64,000 nt of DNA from Podarcis gaigeae (lineage: Eukaryota). The notes under the pieces are model-generated. The model had not been told where the DNA came from. It made no database searches and saw only the letters and a list, made by a program, of their open reading frames with translations. Location of the stretch: the NCBI GenBank assembly GCA_964106915.2, contig OZ066919.1; one strand, given 5' to 3'. This document shows, in pieces, positions 51,101 through 61,200 of this stretch. The translations under genes and the position numbers were made by a program. How positions within the stretch are numbered: position 1 is the stretch's first letter; each line of letters begins with the position of its first letter.

Positions 51101-54100
51101 CACACTTACCTTTTGCTGTGCTTTTTCCACACAAAGGTCCATGCTTTAATGCTCTGTATGCAAGCGTTTCCCCCCCCAAAAAAAACCTGCTCTTTAAAGC
51201 TGAATCAGGGCAAACGTCAATCTGGGTTTTCCATGGATTGCTGTTTGCTCCAATTGAGCTTTAAAGAGCAGGTTTTTGCAGGCCTGGAAAGAGTGGAGGA
51301 AAGGCAAGTGGACCACAAAAGTGGTCATCCCCTTGGTCTTTTAAAATTGTAGAGCCTCCAAACTAACATTGCTTTATTCCATTGGCCCCTACATCTATAA
51401 CTTTTGATTTTTGTTGTATCCAATTACTAGTTTTTCTACCTTTTAATGATATTCCTACCATTGCACAAAACCATGGCCTGCTGTGTTGTTCTTAAGCTGT
51501 TCATGTTTCTCTATGTCATAGTCCATTTTTTGGATCCATAACCCATCAGAGGCAATATGCACATAATGAACACTTTAACTTGCAAATCTAACAAAATCTA
51601 AGAATGGCACACCTTAAAACAATGGCTTGATTTTGGGAGTGGAGAAAGACTTGTTTGTTTCCCAACCAGCTTTAATTGCACCACCTGAATTTGCTGATAT
51701 GTGTCTGAATAAAAAAAACAGCAGCACTCTAGAAGAGCCCTGAGTGGGGGGAAATATACAGAACTGAGAATTTAATGGCAGAAAAGAAGAAGATGCCATA
51801 AGCCTGTGGAGTGCTTTGCTCATGCTTTTGGGAGGAGATGACTTCAAAGAGTAGTGAAGGATATCAGGCACCTCCCTCCCCAGATATTTGCTACCCCATT
51901 TACCCATTTTCAGAAACAACATGCTAAGGTCCCATACAACATGGGTTAAATTTATAGAAACCTTCAGGTGGTTAAAGAGACCTCCTTCACTTTTTGCTGT
52001 TCCTGCTCTGATTGGCTGCTCTCTAGATGTTTTTCATCCATGAAAATAGTGCCATCCTGTGGTTAAAGAAGAGTTTCCACCACACACCACACACACATTC
52101 CCAGTCTTTGTCCGACCACTGAGCAGAAAATACATGGTCATCATTATCATCCTTGTGCCGGATTTCGCCATAAGGAGCAGTAAATTTTTTGTCAGGAGCA
52201 AGATGAGAAAAAAGAGCAGATTGTACAAATGGTCTTCCTCTCCTCTCCTTTCCTTTTTTGATTCCTTTATACTAAAATGTTGTGGGTGAGAAATGGGGGA
52301 ATGGCAGCATTGTCAATAATTCCATTATTCCATTCCAAGAAACAGATGACCAGACTTCTCACCTGAACCCAGATGCTGAACCTAATGCAGTGAACTACAT
52401 TTGGCATCAAACAGGAAGAAGTTCATTTGCTGTTCAGGCATATATCAGAAAGGCATTCAAGCTGCACCTTCACAAACTGGGCCACTGGGACAATCTGGGC
52501 AGCTCTGTTAAAGCTGCCACAGCCCTTCGCACTATACTTCTGAGCAATATTCTGAGTATTTGCTTATGTGACCTGGGACTCACCTACATTAGTAAAGATA
52601 CAGCGATTTGAATGTGCTATAAACATACAACACCAGATGGCACCAGAGAGCAGAAAATTTTAAAACGCGGCTTTCCATAGAGATTTCTTTCTTTTGTTAT
52701 GATGATCTAATTTCTGACTTACTTAAAGCGTCCCGTTCCCCCCCCCCGCCCAGTTTTCTTACCATGGAGGGTTACTACTACCACCAGTACTACTACCACT
52801 ACTACTACTAAAACCACTACTAATAATAATTTCATTTCTATACCGCTTTAGATTTTAAAGAAAAAATCTCAAAGTTTATGCACATTTAATACATTAAAGC
52901 ATCAAATAAAACAATCCGGAATAAAACAAATTCAAGCTTCAAGGGAAATCTTTCAGATCCTTCTCCAAGGGACATTTTGCTTTCCCTGTATTTATTTACC
53001 TACTTAATTTATATAGCTGCCTCATAGCAGAAGTACGGTAGGGAGCGAGTGTGCTGTAGTGGTTAGAGTGTTGGACTAGGACCTGAGAGGCCAGGAGGCT
53101 CACTGGGTGAGCAGCTGGAATACTGCAGAACCAAAAGAGGGAGGTAAAAAAAAAAAAAAGCTTCATCAAAAGCAAGCCAGCGGCTTCAGCATTGCCCCTA
53201 CGCTAATGGGCTTTACTTACCCCATTGAATTAGAAAAGAATTCAATAAACTAGTGGACCTCTGGGTTCCATTTGATGCCAGTGTTTTCATCCTTTTTTGA
53301 TTCTATGATATCAGCAGCATGCCTGATTAGCTCCATGGCATCCTAACATGATTACATTTAGCAGTGGTCTCTGATTGCCTAGGATAACTAGAGATAGAGA
53401 AGGAATGATAAAGAGAGATAGCAGTCACTGAAGCAACAGCATAGGCTGAAAAAACAGCCTTCCAAAATTGCTATTTTTGAGACAAAGATCAAATTGGAAA
53501 ATACTTGGCATAATGCTAGGCTGTTGAAATTTGTTGGCAAGCACCTGGGTTCAAATCATTTCCTCAGCCATCAAGGCAATGGGCAAGTTGCTCCTCTCAG
53601 CTTAACTACTAGAAAAAAGGACAAGTAAGGTTCTCCAGCATGTTGCCCCCACTTCCAGCCCCCCATGACACTGGGCCCTGCCTCTTCTGCCCCTAACATT
53701 CCTGTGTTTGGCTCAAAAGTCTAAAAGGGGCTTCTAACCACATTTGGCTAAATAGTTAGAAGCCTTTGTGTTACATTACCCAAGTTCCCAGTCTTGAGTA
53801 GGCTTCAAACTGCCTCCAGCCTCCAAACTAAAGCAAGGAAGCATCAGAGGAGAGGAGAGGGCCTACCTGGTGCGCAGGACACAAGGGGGCGGAGCTGGTC
53901 CATGCACACCCCCCGCCCCCTAGGTATCTCATGTGATCAGACTGAGTAGTACTACAGTCACCTCTGCGGGGGGGGGGGGGGGCTACAAGACAGGTGAATT
54001 GTGCTTACTGGGCCTTAGAAGCTTGACACTCTTCCCATTTCTTTTCCATTCTAGGGGTATTACTGATATTTCCAGCAAGAAAGACAAAACCAGGATAAGA

Positions 54101-54457
54101 TTCGTCTCCTACATGGATGAAATTGCTGCTTGCCTAGGTGTGAAGCCCAATGTGCCATTGCTTTTCCTATCAGACCCCAAACTAGCCTGGATGGTTTTCT
54201 TTGGCCCCTGCACTTCTTATCAGTACCGCCTGACTGGACCTGGAAAGTGGAGGGAAGCCAGAGGTGCAATCCTGACCCAGTGGGACCGAGTTCTAAAGCC
54301 CCTGAAGACACGGGTCGTAGAAGACTCTCCCCAACCTGCTACAGTTCCCCACTGGCTGAAAGCCCTTGCCTTGCCCACGTTTCTGGGGGCCGCCTTGATC
54401 ATTCTTAAATACCTACCTCCTGCATGGCTACCAAGAACAAATGGATGGAGTGTATAG
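39580..54457 (+). CDS. FMO4: Flavin-containing monooxygenase 4 (dimethylaniline monooxygenase), complete, 552 aa
   Basis: join 39580-39711, 40586-40774, 43492-43654, 44639-44781, 46937-47136, 49732-50087, 50969-51041, 54055-54457 = 1659 nt, no internal stop. FAD motif GAGVSG, FMO motif [16 protein letters not shown] motif GSGNTGGD and FTTGY (both FMO4-type variants), [12 protein letters not shown]-terminal hydrophobic anchor; PRRC2C is also its neighbour in human. Confidence 0.92.
40586..40774 (+). CDS. FMO4: FMO4 coding exon 2 ([14 protein letters not shown])
   Basis: acacag / gtgagg, 189 nt. Confidence 0.94.
40898..43122 (-). mobile_element. L1-clade LINE, 5'-truncated, degenerate ORF2 (RT)
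   Basis: [12 protein letters not shown]...AFADDL...[10 protein letters not shown] and [12 protein letters not shown] motifs; A-rich 3' end; 7-bp CCCTTCC repeat at 40891 and 43123 splitting a short CR1-like tail element. Confidence 0.92.
43492..43654 (+). CDS. FMO4: FMO4 coding exon 3 (TTVCSIRK...MVCSGH)
   Basis: tgcaag / gtgcgt, 163 nt. Confidence 0.93.
44109..44225 (-). repeat. (TAG)n(TAA)n microsatellite with L2 3'-tail remnant
   Basis: ttatttatacccc..ctggctggg..ccccagccactctgggcgg also at 9112-9170 after a (TAT)n tract. Confidence 0.75.
44639..44781 (+). CDS. FMO4: FMO4 coding exon 4 (FxGxxxHxxxY and GxGNTG motifs)
   Basis: cctcag / gtacct, 143 nt. Confidence 0.94.
46937..47136 (+). CDS. 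FMO4: FMO4 coding exon 5 ([11 protein letters not shown]...FNHENYGL)
   Basis: cttcag / gtaatc, 200 nt. Confidence 0.94.
47448..47567. repeat. Near-perfect 58-bp-arm palindrome (probable piggyBac-like MITE)
   Basis: 52/58 identity between arms, 4-nt loop TACC, flanks resemble degenerate TTAA. Confidence 0.8.
48107..48253. mobile_element. hAT MITE, 147 bp
   Basis: Perfect TIR CAGTGGCGTAGCGTGGG; perfect 8-bp TSD ATTAACAC. Confidence 0.92.
49269..49666 (+). mobile_element. Sauria SINE, young, with triplicated 5' end
   Basis: gggacgc..gtggcgctgtgggttaaa, B-box ggttcgaatccc, (ACCTTT)n tail; TSD TAAAGAGGGAC at 49263 and 49667. Confidence 0.93.
49732..50087 (+). CDS. FMO4: FMO4 coding exon 6 (NDELP...FTTGY...ELQARW)
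   Basis: atttag / gtatga, 356 nt. Confidence 0.94.
50969..51041 (+). CDS. FMO4: FMO4 coding exon 7 ([14 protein letters not shown])
   Basis: actcag / gtatga, 73 nt, phase 1 to 2. Confidence 0.88.
51090..51315. mobile_element. Palindromic Harbinger-like MITE, decayed
   Basis: agggcttatccacact left end; internal inverted aaaaacctgctctttaaagct / agctttaaagagcaggttttt. Confidence 0.6.
54055..54457 (+). CDS. FMO4: FMO4 last coding exon (YMDEIA...[11 protein letters not shown]...stop)
   Basis: ttctag acceptor, TAG at 54455-54457. Confidence 0.94.
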
Positions 54458-54477
54458 AATTCGTTTCATGTTTAGTG

Positions 54478-56401
54478 CATAGGCGCCGACTCCATGGGGC
54501 CTGAGGGGGCCCGAGCCCCCTCAAAAATTCATTTGGGGGGGCTCTGCCCCCCCAATAATTTAAGAAAATTATTACCGTAAATTTCGCTCTATAACACGCA
54601 GATTTTTCCTCCTAAAAAGTAAGGGGAAATGTCTGTGCGTGTTATTGAGCGAATGTGTGGTCCCTGGAGCTGACTCACCGGAGCGCAGGGGCAAAAATAG
54701 GCAAAAATCAGGCAAAAATCAGATCGGGCGGTCGGGCGGAGGGAAGGCGGAAGCTGCTGCTTTCCTGCATTCTGCCTCAGGGTCTTACTGCCCACCCGCT
54801 TCTGTTGCTGCGTTTGCTCAAACTCAACAAAGAGCAGCGAATCCCCTGCCCTCCTGGCAAGCAGAGGGTTAAGGAAAGGATCGAGTCCTTCTTTCTAATT
54901 CTTTCCTAGTCACACTGCGTGCAGGCTCCAGCCCACCACCTCCTCCTCTCCGTGCTCTAGGGACTCGCAGGTGGGAGAGAGGGGGGGGCTGGCTTGGGGG
55001 GGGGACTTTTGCCTTCCTTTCCTCCCCCCCCCACCCCGTTAAACTCCTCCCCTGCATTCTTAGCCAGCTGCTTCTCCGCACACCCCTCTTGTGCTTCTTG
55101 TCCCTTCTGTGTTTTTCCTTCCCTCCCCATTTAAAACGTGGTGACAAAGCACGGATCCACATGGATCCTCAGGATTTTTGCATTGGGTCATCCCAAATTC
55201 ACCATCAGATCACATTACATGTCCATGGCTACAGTCTGTACCAAAAAAATCACCCACCCACTGTTGCCTGGGGCTGCAATGGTGCAAAAACGTGGTTACA
55301 AAGCATGGATCCTCAGGATCTTTGCACTGGGTCACCCCAAATTCACCATCAGATAACATAGCATGTCCATGGCTACATATTGCACCAAAAAAACCACGCA
55401 CCCACTGTTGCCTAGGGTCACAGTGGTGCAAAAACATGGTTACAAAGCACGGATCCACATGGATCCTCAGGATCTTTGCATTGGGTCACCCCAAATTCAC
55501 CATCAGATCACATAGCATGTCCATGGCTACATATTGCACCAAAAAAATTACGCACCCACTGTTGCCTAGGGTCACAGTGGTGCAAAAACGTGGTTACAAA
55601 GCATGGATCCACATGGATCCTCAGGATTTTTGCATTGGGCTACTCCAAACTCACTGTCAGATATTAAAAATCTTTATAAAATAGAGAATTAAATACATAC
55701 AGAATGTTAATTTTTCAGTTTTGAAATATTAGTACTAGTTTAGTACTGTATTTCTATATTACTATAGTACTGTATTAGTTATTTTCAAATACTTAGATAT
55801 TTTTAGGGTGTAAGACCCAATTAAAGCCCGTTATTTACATACAGTATTACAGTATTTACATACAGTATTAGGCATACTGTATTAACTTTATTAACTGTAT
55901 TAAAGCATTAACTTTGAGATATTATTTTTATTTAATGAACCCTCAGCCTTATTCAAAGTAAGCTTAAATTAGCTATTTCACTTATTAATCAAAGTGCTAT
56001 TACTGTGCAACAGCAATATTTTATGTTTTATTCTTTTAATGATAGTTTAGGATTTATTTAAATATCATTTCAGTCTTTTCAGAGCTATATATTCACTGCT
56101 CTGTAATAGTCTATAAGCATAATTGTTACTGTAAATTAAATTAGCTTTTTACGAAAATACCGTGCGTGTTTATGTTTTGTTTCTTTTTTCAAAGCCAAAA
56201 AGTGTTTCAGGCTTGTCGAGTTTCCCGGAGTGTGGAGTTATAGAGAGTCGAGTTTTTGGGGTTCTAATGTTGATCATATGACTCTAAAATACTTTTAAAA
56301 AACTTTAAAACTCACTAATTTTCATCTAAAATTTAGAAAACTTCCCGGGGCAGGACCCCGGTATGGCCCCCCCCAATATTTTTTATAAGTCGGCGCCCCT
56401 G
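54478..56401. mobile_element. Composite non-autonomous hAT element, 1924 bp
   Basis: TIR CATAGGCGCCGACT / AGTCGGCGCCCCTG; perfect 8-bp TSD GTTTAGTG at 54470 and 56402; internal CCGTA-type Tc1 left end at 54575. Confidence 0.88.
55133..55662. repeat. ~154-bp tandem repeat, ~3.5 copies
   Basis: Units start at 55133, 55287, 55431 and 55585 (154, 144, 154, partial). Confidence 0.92.
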
Positions 56402-56694
56402 GTTTAGTGGGTTAAGCATTGTTCACAATGCCTGGTCACACCAGTCTTGAAAAATTACTCATGACCCAGAGAAGCCACGTGCAGAGAGTCAGGCACACAC
56501 ACCGGAGCTGTTCTTGTATTTTGTGGCTCCTGTAGGCTTGGTGAAATGATATTATAAACCTAGCATGTAGTTTGACTGGATAAATATGAAGTCTTTATTT
56601 TCCAATTATTGTTTAATTGTGAGGGTGATCTCTGTGTTGTAACAGTGTAGTCAGAAAATAGTTTACTGCCATGGTTCCCAACGTGGGGCCCACA

Positions 56695-56944
56695 CAGGGC
56701 CGTAGCTGGGGGGGGTGAGGGGGGGCCCCGCCAGGAGCGCAGGCGATGTGTGTGTGTGTAAAATAGGCTAAAAATATGTCCATAAATATTGATTATTGCC
56801 GCATAAGAAATGGTTTTACATAGAGGGTGAATTGAATGGGGGGCTTTGAAGGAGAGGCGGAAAGAAGAGCTAATTTGTCTGTAGCTAGGGGGCACAAACT
56901 GGACTGTTCTGCCAGGGGCGCAAGATCACCTACCTACAGCTCTG
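56695..56944. mobile_element. Nested hAT MITE
   Basis: CAGGGCCGTAG / CTACAGCTCTG; 6/8 TSD GGCCCACA / GGCACACG. Confidence 0.75.
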
Positions 56945-57014
56945 GGCACACGCCCCACAGGGGGGCAATTTGATTTTTATGGGGGGCAATTTGAGAGTGA
57001 GTTATTAACAGTGA

Positions 57015-57402
57015 GAGGACGCGGGTGGCGCTGTGGGTTAAACCACCGAGCCTAGGACTTGCGGATCAGAAGGTCGGCAGTTCGAATCCCTGCGATGGAG
57101 TGAGCTCCCGTTACTCGGTCCCTGCTCCTGCCCACCTAGCAGTTCGAAAGCACATCAAAGTGCAAGTAGATAAATAGGTACCCTTCCGGCAGGAAGGTAA
57201 ACGGCATTTCCATGCACTGCTCTGGTTTCGGTGTTCCATTGCACCAGAAGCAGCTTAGTCATGTCTGCCACACGATCCGGAAAAACTGCCTGTGGACAAA
57301 CACCGGCTCCCTCGGCCAGTAAAGTGAGATGAGAGCTGCAACCCCAGAGTCGTTTGTGACTGGACTTAACTCTTAGGGGTCTTTTACCTTTTTAAAAAAA
57401 AA
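57015..57402 (+). mobile_element. Sauria SINE
   Basis: Same head, B-box and tail; TSD ATTAACAGTGA at 57004 and 57403. Confidence 0.93.
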
Positions 57403-57946
57403 ATTAACAGTGAATGGCCTTTTAGGCTGCCTCCATGTGAATAGGAGTTCACTTTTTGAATAATAAGAATTATATGTCACAGTGGGGGGGGGGGGAGGCA
57501 TCAGGATTTAGAGATGCTTAGGTGGGGCATGTCCCCCAAAAAAGGTTGGGAACCACTGGTTTACTGGGAAATGAGTTTCACTGTATTCAGTGAGTAAAGG
57601 GGGCTTTTGAACTGCAGCGGGAATGTTTGTTTTGTATAGGCCATGTGGCACAGTAATATTGTTGACTGATGAGGAAACAAATTTGGAGACAGCAGCAGTT
57701 CATCTGACACTCCATATAGCTTTGATCTTCTGCAACCTTCTCCTCAGGTCAGATAGATCACGGGATGTTAGTGTGCAATCTTTTCTTTCTTGGCCTTCAA
57801 TTCTTTCAAAAGGCAGCAGATTTTAGCTATAACAAATACATATGTCACTTCATAGTTATAGTTTAGAATGCTCCAATCTAGCTTCGTTTGAGAATAAATA
57901 TCTGCAGGCACTAGTAAAGTCAGCCCTTTCTATTCCTCTAAAAGTA

Positions 57947-58207
57947 CAGGCAGCTCCCCGTTTACACATGTTCAATATGTGTGTGACTGTGTATACGCGC
58001 ATCATGCAGAACCTGGAAGTAACCTGGAAACATCATAAAGCCAGCATTGAAGAAACATCACTAAAAGGGGTGGGGCAGGGCAGGGCAGGAGCGGAATGGG
58101 GGGTGGGGGGGGTTGCAGGCTTTTTCATTGGTTTTCAATTATATGTGATTTCACCAACGTGTGTGGTGCCTCAGAACGTAACCCCCACTTAAATGGGGGG
58201 CTGCTTG
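57947..58207. mobile_element. Tc1/mariner MITE (CAGGCAGC TIR)
   Basis: TA-CAGGCAGCTCCC ... GGGGGCTGCTTG-TA. Confidence 0.75.
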
Positions 58208-61200
58208 TAAACTACAAATGAGATCACATTTTCATATTCTATGGCAGAATCACAGGCATTTGTTTTCTGTTTTTTATAATAATTTTTATTGGTTTTCAAT
58301 TACAATCCAATAATAGGCTCATAATGACAATACCAATTTATAATACACTTATTAATACCAATCATTCAAATACCACATTATACAATTTAGATAAGGTGGC
58401 CTCCCATGTGCTAGAATTGATGGCTTGATTACTTGCTTTATTTTTGCATTCCAAAATCATCTTAATTTCCATTGCATTCCAGTCATAATATTAATCCCTT
58501 GTACAACAACTGCAATATTAATAACTTCTATTCGTGTTGACACATTAAATGTTTTATAAAGCTACAAGTGAGGCACTCAGGCTATATGCTTGTTCTTCCA
58601 GTGTGTGGCAATTATTCTGTCCGTGGTGTTCCTCCTGTCCTTGTTAAATGTTATGTCTATCTTTTCCCTGGTTGTTGCTGTTACTCATCATGCCTTAGGC
58701 AGAGCTGATATCTCATTGTTGTTCCAGAAATTTATCCATCGGTCTGTCCTGTGCTTCATTGTTTTGCAACTTTAACAACAGTTGCAAAAGTCACTCTGTC
58801 CCAATAAATAATCTGTTTTCACCATTTTTCCTCTCAGCCTGGGAAGAAGAGTGGTCTGTCGAACTGCAGATGACTCAGTAACGAACCTTATCAGTTCCTT
58901 GGCAAGTTCACAGACTCCTTTCATCCTTCCGCCCAACTGAAGATAAATGAGCAATTATACTTCCAATTAAATTAAATTGCAAGTCTTCTTAGCGTTATTC
59001 AGTTAACTCAGTAAATAATAAAGGATGGAGAAGAGTCAGCTCTAAGTTTCCATTGTAAACGTTTTGCATAATAGAGCTTCCCTCCTTTTCCCCCTTTTTT
59101 ACACACACAGTTCTGTTTAACATTATATTCCAATATCTACAATCTACAATTTCTTTCATCCTCGCTTGTACAAATATAATTTGAAGTAGCATTCAGAGGA
59201 GGGTTGCCGAATCATAAATGTAGAGAAGAAAGCTTTAAATAAAGAAACCATAGCCTCCCCTTCTCCCACACCATCTTTTATACCACATGAAGTCTTCTCT
59301 CAAGTTCAAACCTTAAATTATGCTCTATGTAACAGGAGAACCTCTGCTTCTTAATGGCGGCGTTGGAGGGTTTTCGGCAGGCTTTTGCACTCAGTGTCTC
59401 CCTGCCTCCCGCATTCCAAGATGGAGCAAGAGCCAGGTACTGAGACTGACTGTGAGTGAAGGTCATTCCCCCCTCTTCTTGGGGGGAATTTGCAAAGATA
59501 ACTACCCTCAATCATCCTTGTTTTTCCTTTGCCAACAATCTCCTGCTGTCGGGGGAGCTGCCTCCATTAATGCAGAGAGGAACCAGACAGATTAAGCAAT
59601 GGCATGGACAAACCCTGTGATTCATCACTGAGCAATCTGCCTGCACACAACCTGCAAGTATTACTGTTCCTAACCCAGAAAAGTGTGAGTACAGAATCCA
59701 GCAGGTAGGCAGTTGCAGAGCAGTCTTCTCCAATAACAGACGCTGCACTAACCCAGAACACCTGGCTCAACTGGTAATCACATGGAGGCAACAGAATGGA
59801 CCTGTGGACTACCAATTGCCACTCTCTCTCCTCCCCACAAAAGGAGGTCAGCCCATTAGCAGCAGCACTTAAATTATCCTAAAACAAAGTCTGGAAACAA
59901 ATCCACCTAGCTCTTAAATGGGACCAATGGAATCAGATACACGATCTATTACCTCCTAAAAGTACTCCAGTCATCCAGAGTTGTGGAGTACCTTGGCAAC
60001 AATGTGCTGAAGACACGCAGCCCCACCTCTTTGCATCTGAAGGGGTGGCAGCGGATGTGCTGGACCAATGTCTTGCCTCCGCAGTGGACTAAATGAAACA
60101 CAGCAGACCCGGCAACCATCCCCTGAGGGTGGCAACATGAGAAGGGGCCTTTTCTGTGGAGACTTCCTGCTTGTGAAATGCTCCCCCCCCCCCGGAGGCT
60201 TGCCTCGCATTTTCACGACGTATGGTATATTTTGGTGCCAGGTGAAAATGCTCCTGTTCTCCCGCCCTTTGGCTAATTAAACAATCTATGGCTGGGGGGT
60301 AGTGTTTTGTTTGTTATTATACTATGTATTTTTGTGTTTTTATACAGTGAACCGACCTGTGATCCTTGGATGAAGGGTGGTATATAAATTTTAAAAATAA
60401 ATAAAAAGCCTTCTCATAGTTCAGGGCACCAAATTTTGGGTTCACACCATTTAAAAGATCAAAGTCCGGCTCTGCAGGGTTCTGGGGCTCTCCACCAGCT
60501 GCCCATGGGCGGGCTAAGCAAAATGCAGTATGTGAAACAAAATGCACTATAAAATATAGGAAACGTATAGTCCTGTTAAATCGCTAAACTTAGAGCTATG
60601 TCAATCATTAACAAATCAGAAGCAGAGGGCCACCCCAGACAACATACATTTGGAAACTCTGGATGAGCCCCAAGGTGACTCCTGCAAGCAGCCACTAGAA
60701 GACACTCAAGGACAATAATAATAATAATAATTAAAAAGTAGCAAACCATTATTTAATTTTGGGGGGGGGGGGTTGAAAAAAGAGAGGTTTGTGAAAGAAG
60801 GTTGCGGCATTTGGGACTTTTTAGTTTAGAGAACATTGGATAGTTTGGAAAAAGTGGAAAGAAAAGTGTTTTTCTCCCTGTCTCCTAACACTAGAACTCC
60901 TGGACATCCAGCGAAGGATTCAGGACGGATAAAGCAAAGTCCTTCTTCATACAGCATTCAGAAACCAAAACACTCACTTCCGGTTTTTGATCGTTCGGGA
61001 GCCAGAACATTCGACTTCCAAGGCGTTTGGGAGCCGAGGTACGACTGTAATTATAATTGCATTCTGCCCCATATGTCTATGTCTTTATTGATTTCTTTCC
61101 ATCTTCTCCCATAGTTATCTTTATAGATGTTATGATTATTTACTGATAGCCACACTCCTAAGTACTTCACATTCTTCTATATTTTCAAGCCAGTAATTTC

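Larger units (their letters stand above)
56669..57558. mobile_element. hAT MITE hosting two nested insertions
   Basis: TIR ..TGGTTCCCAAC / GTTGGGAACCACTG; 8-bp TSD GTTTACTG at 56661 and 57559. Confidence 0.85.

Noticed and set aside
53040-53110. tRNA-like A-box sequence (also ~810-955, 12380-12580, 20335-20450, 40360-40490)
   Set aside because: Decayed tRNA-derived SINE remnants without a cloverleaf; not tRNA genes
55133-55662. Regularly spaced repeats and the 168-aa ORF 55178-55684
   Set aside because: Whole units repeat without unique spacers, so not CRISPR; the ORF is a by-product of the tandem repeat inside a transposon
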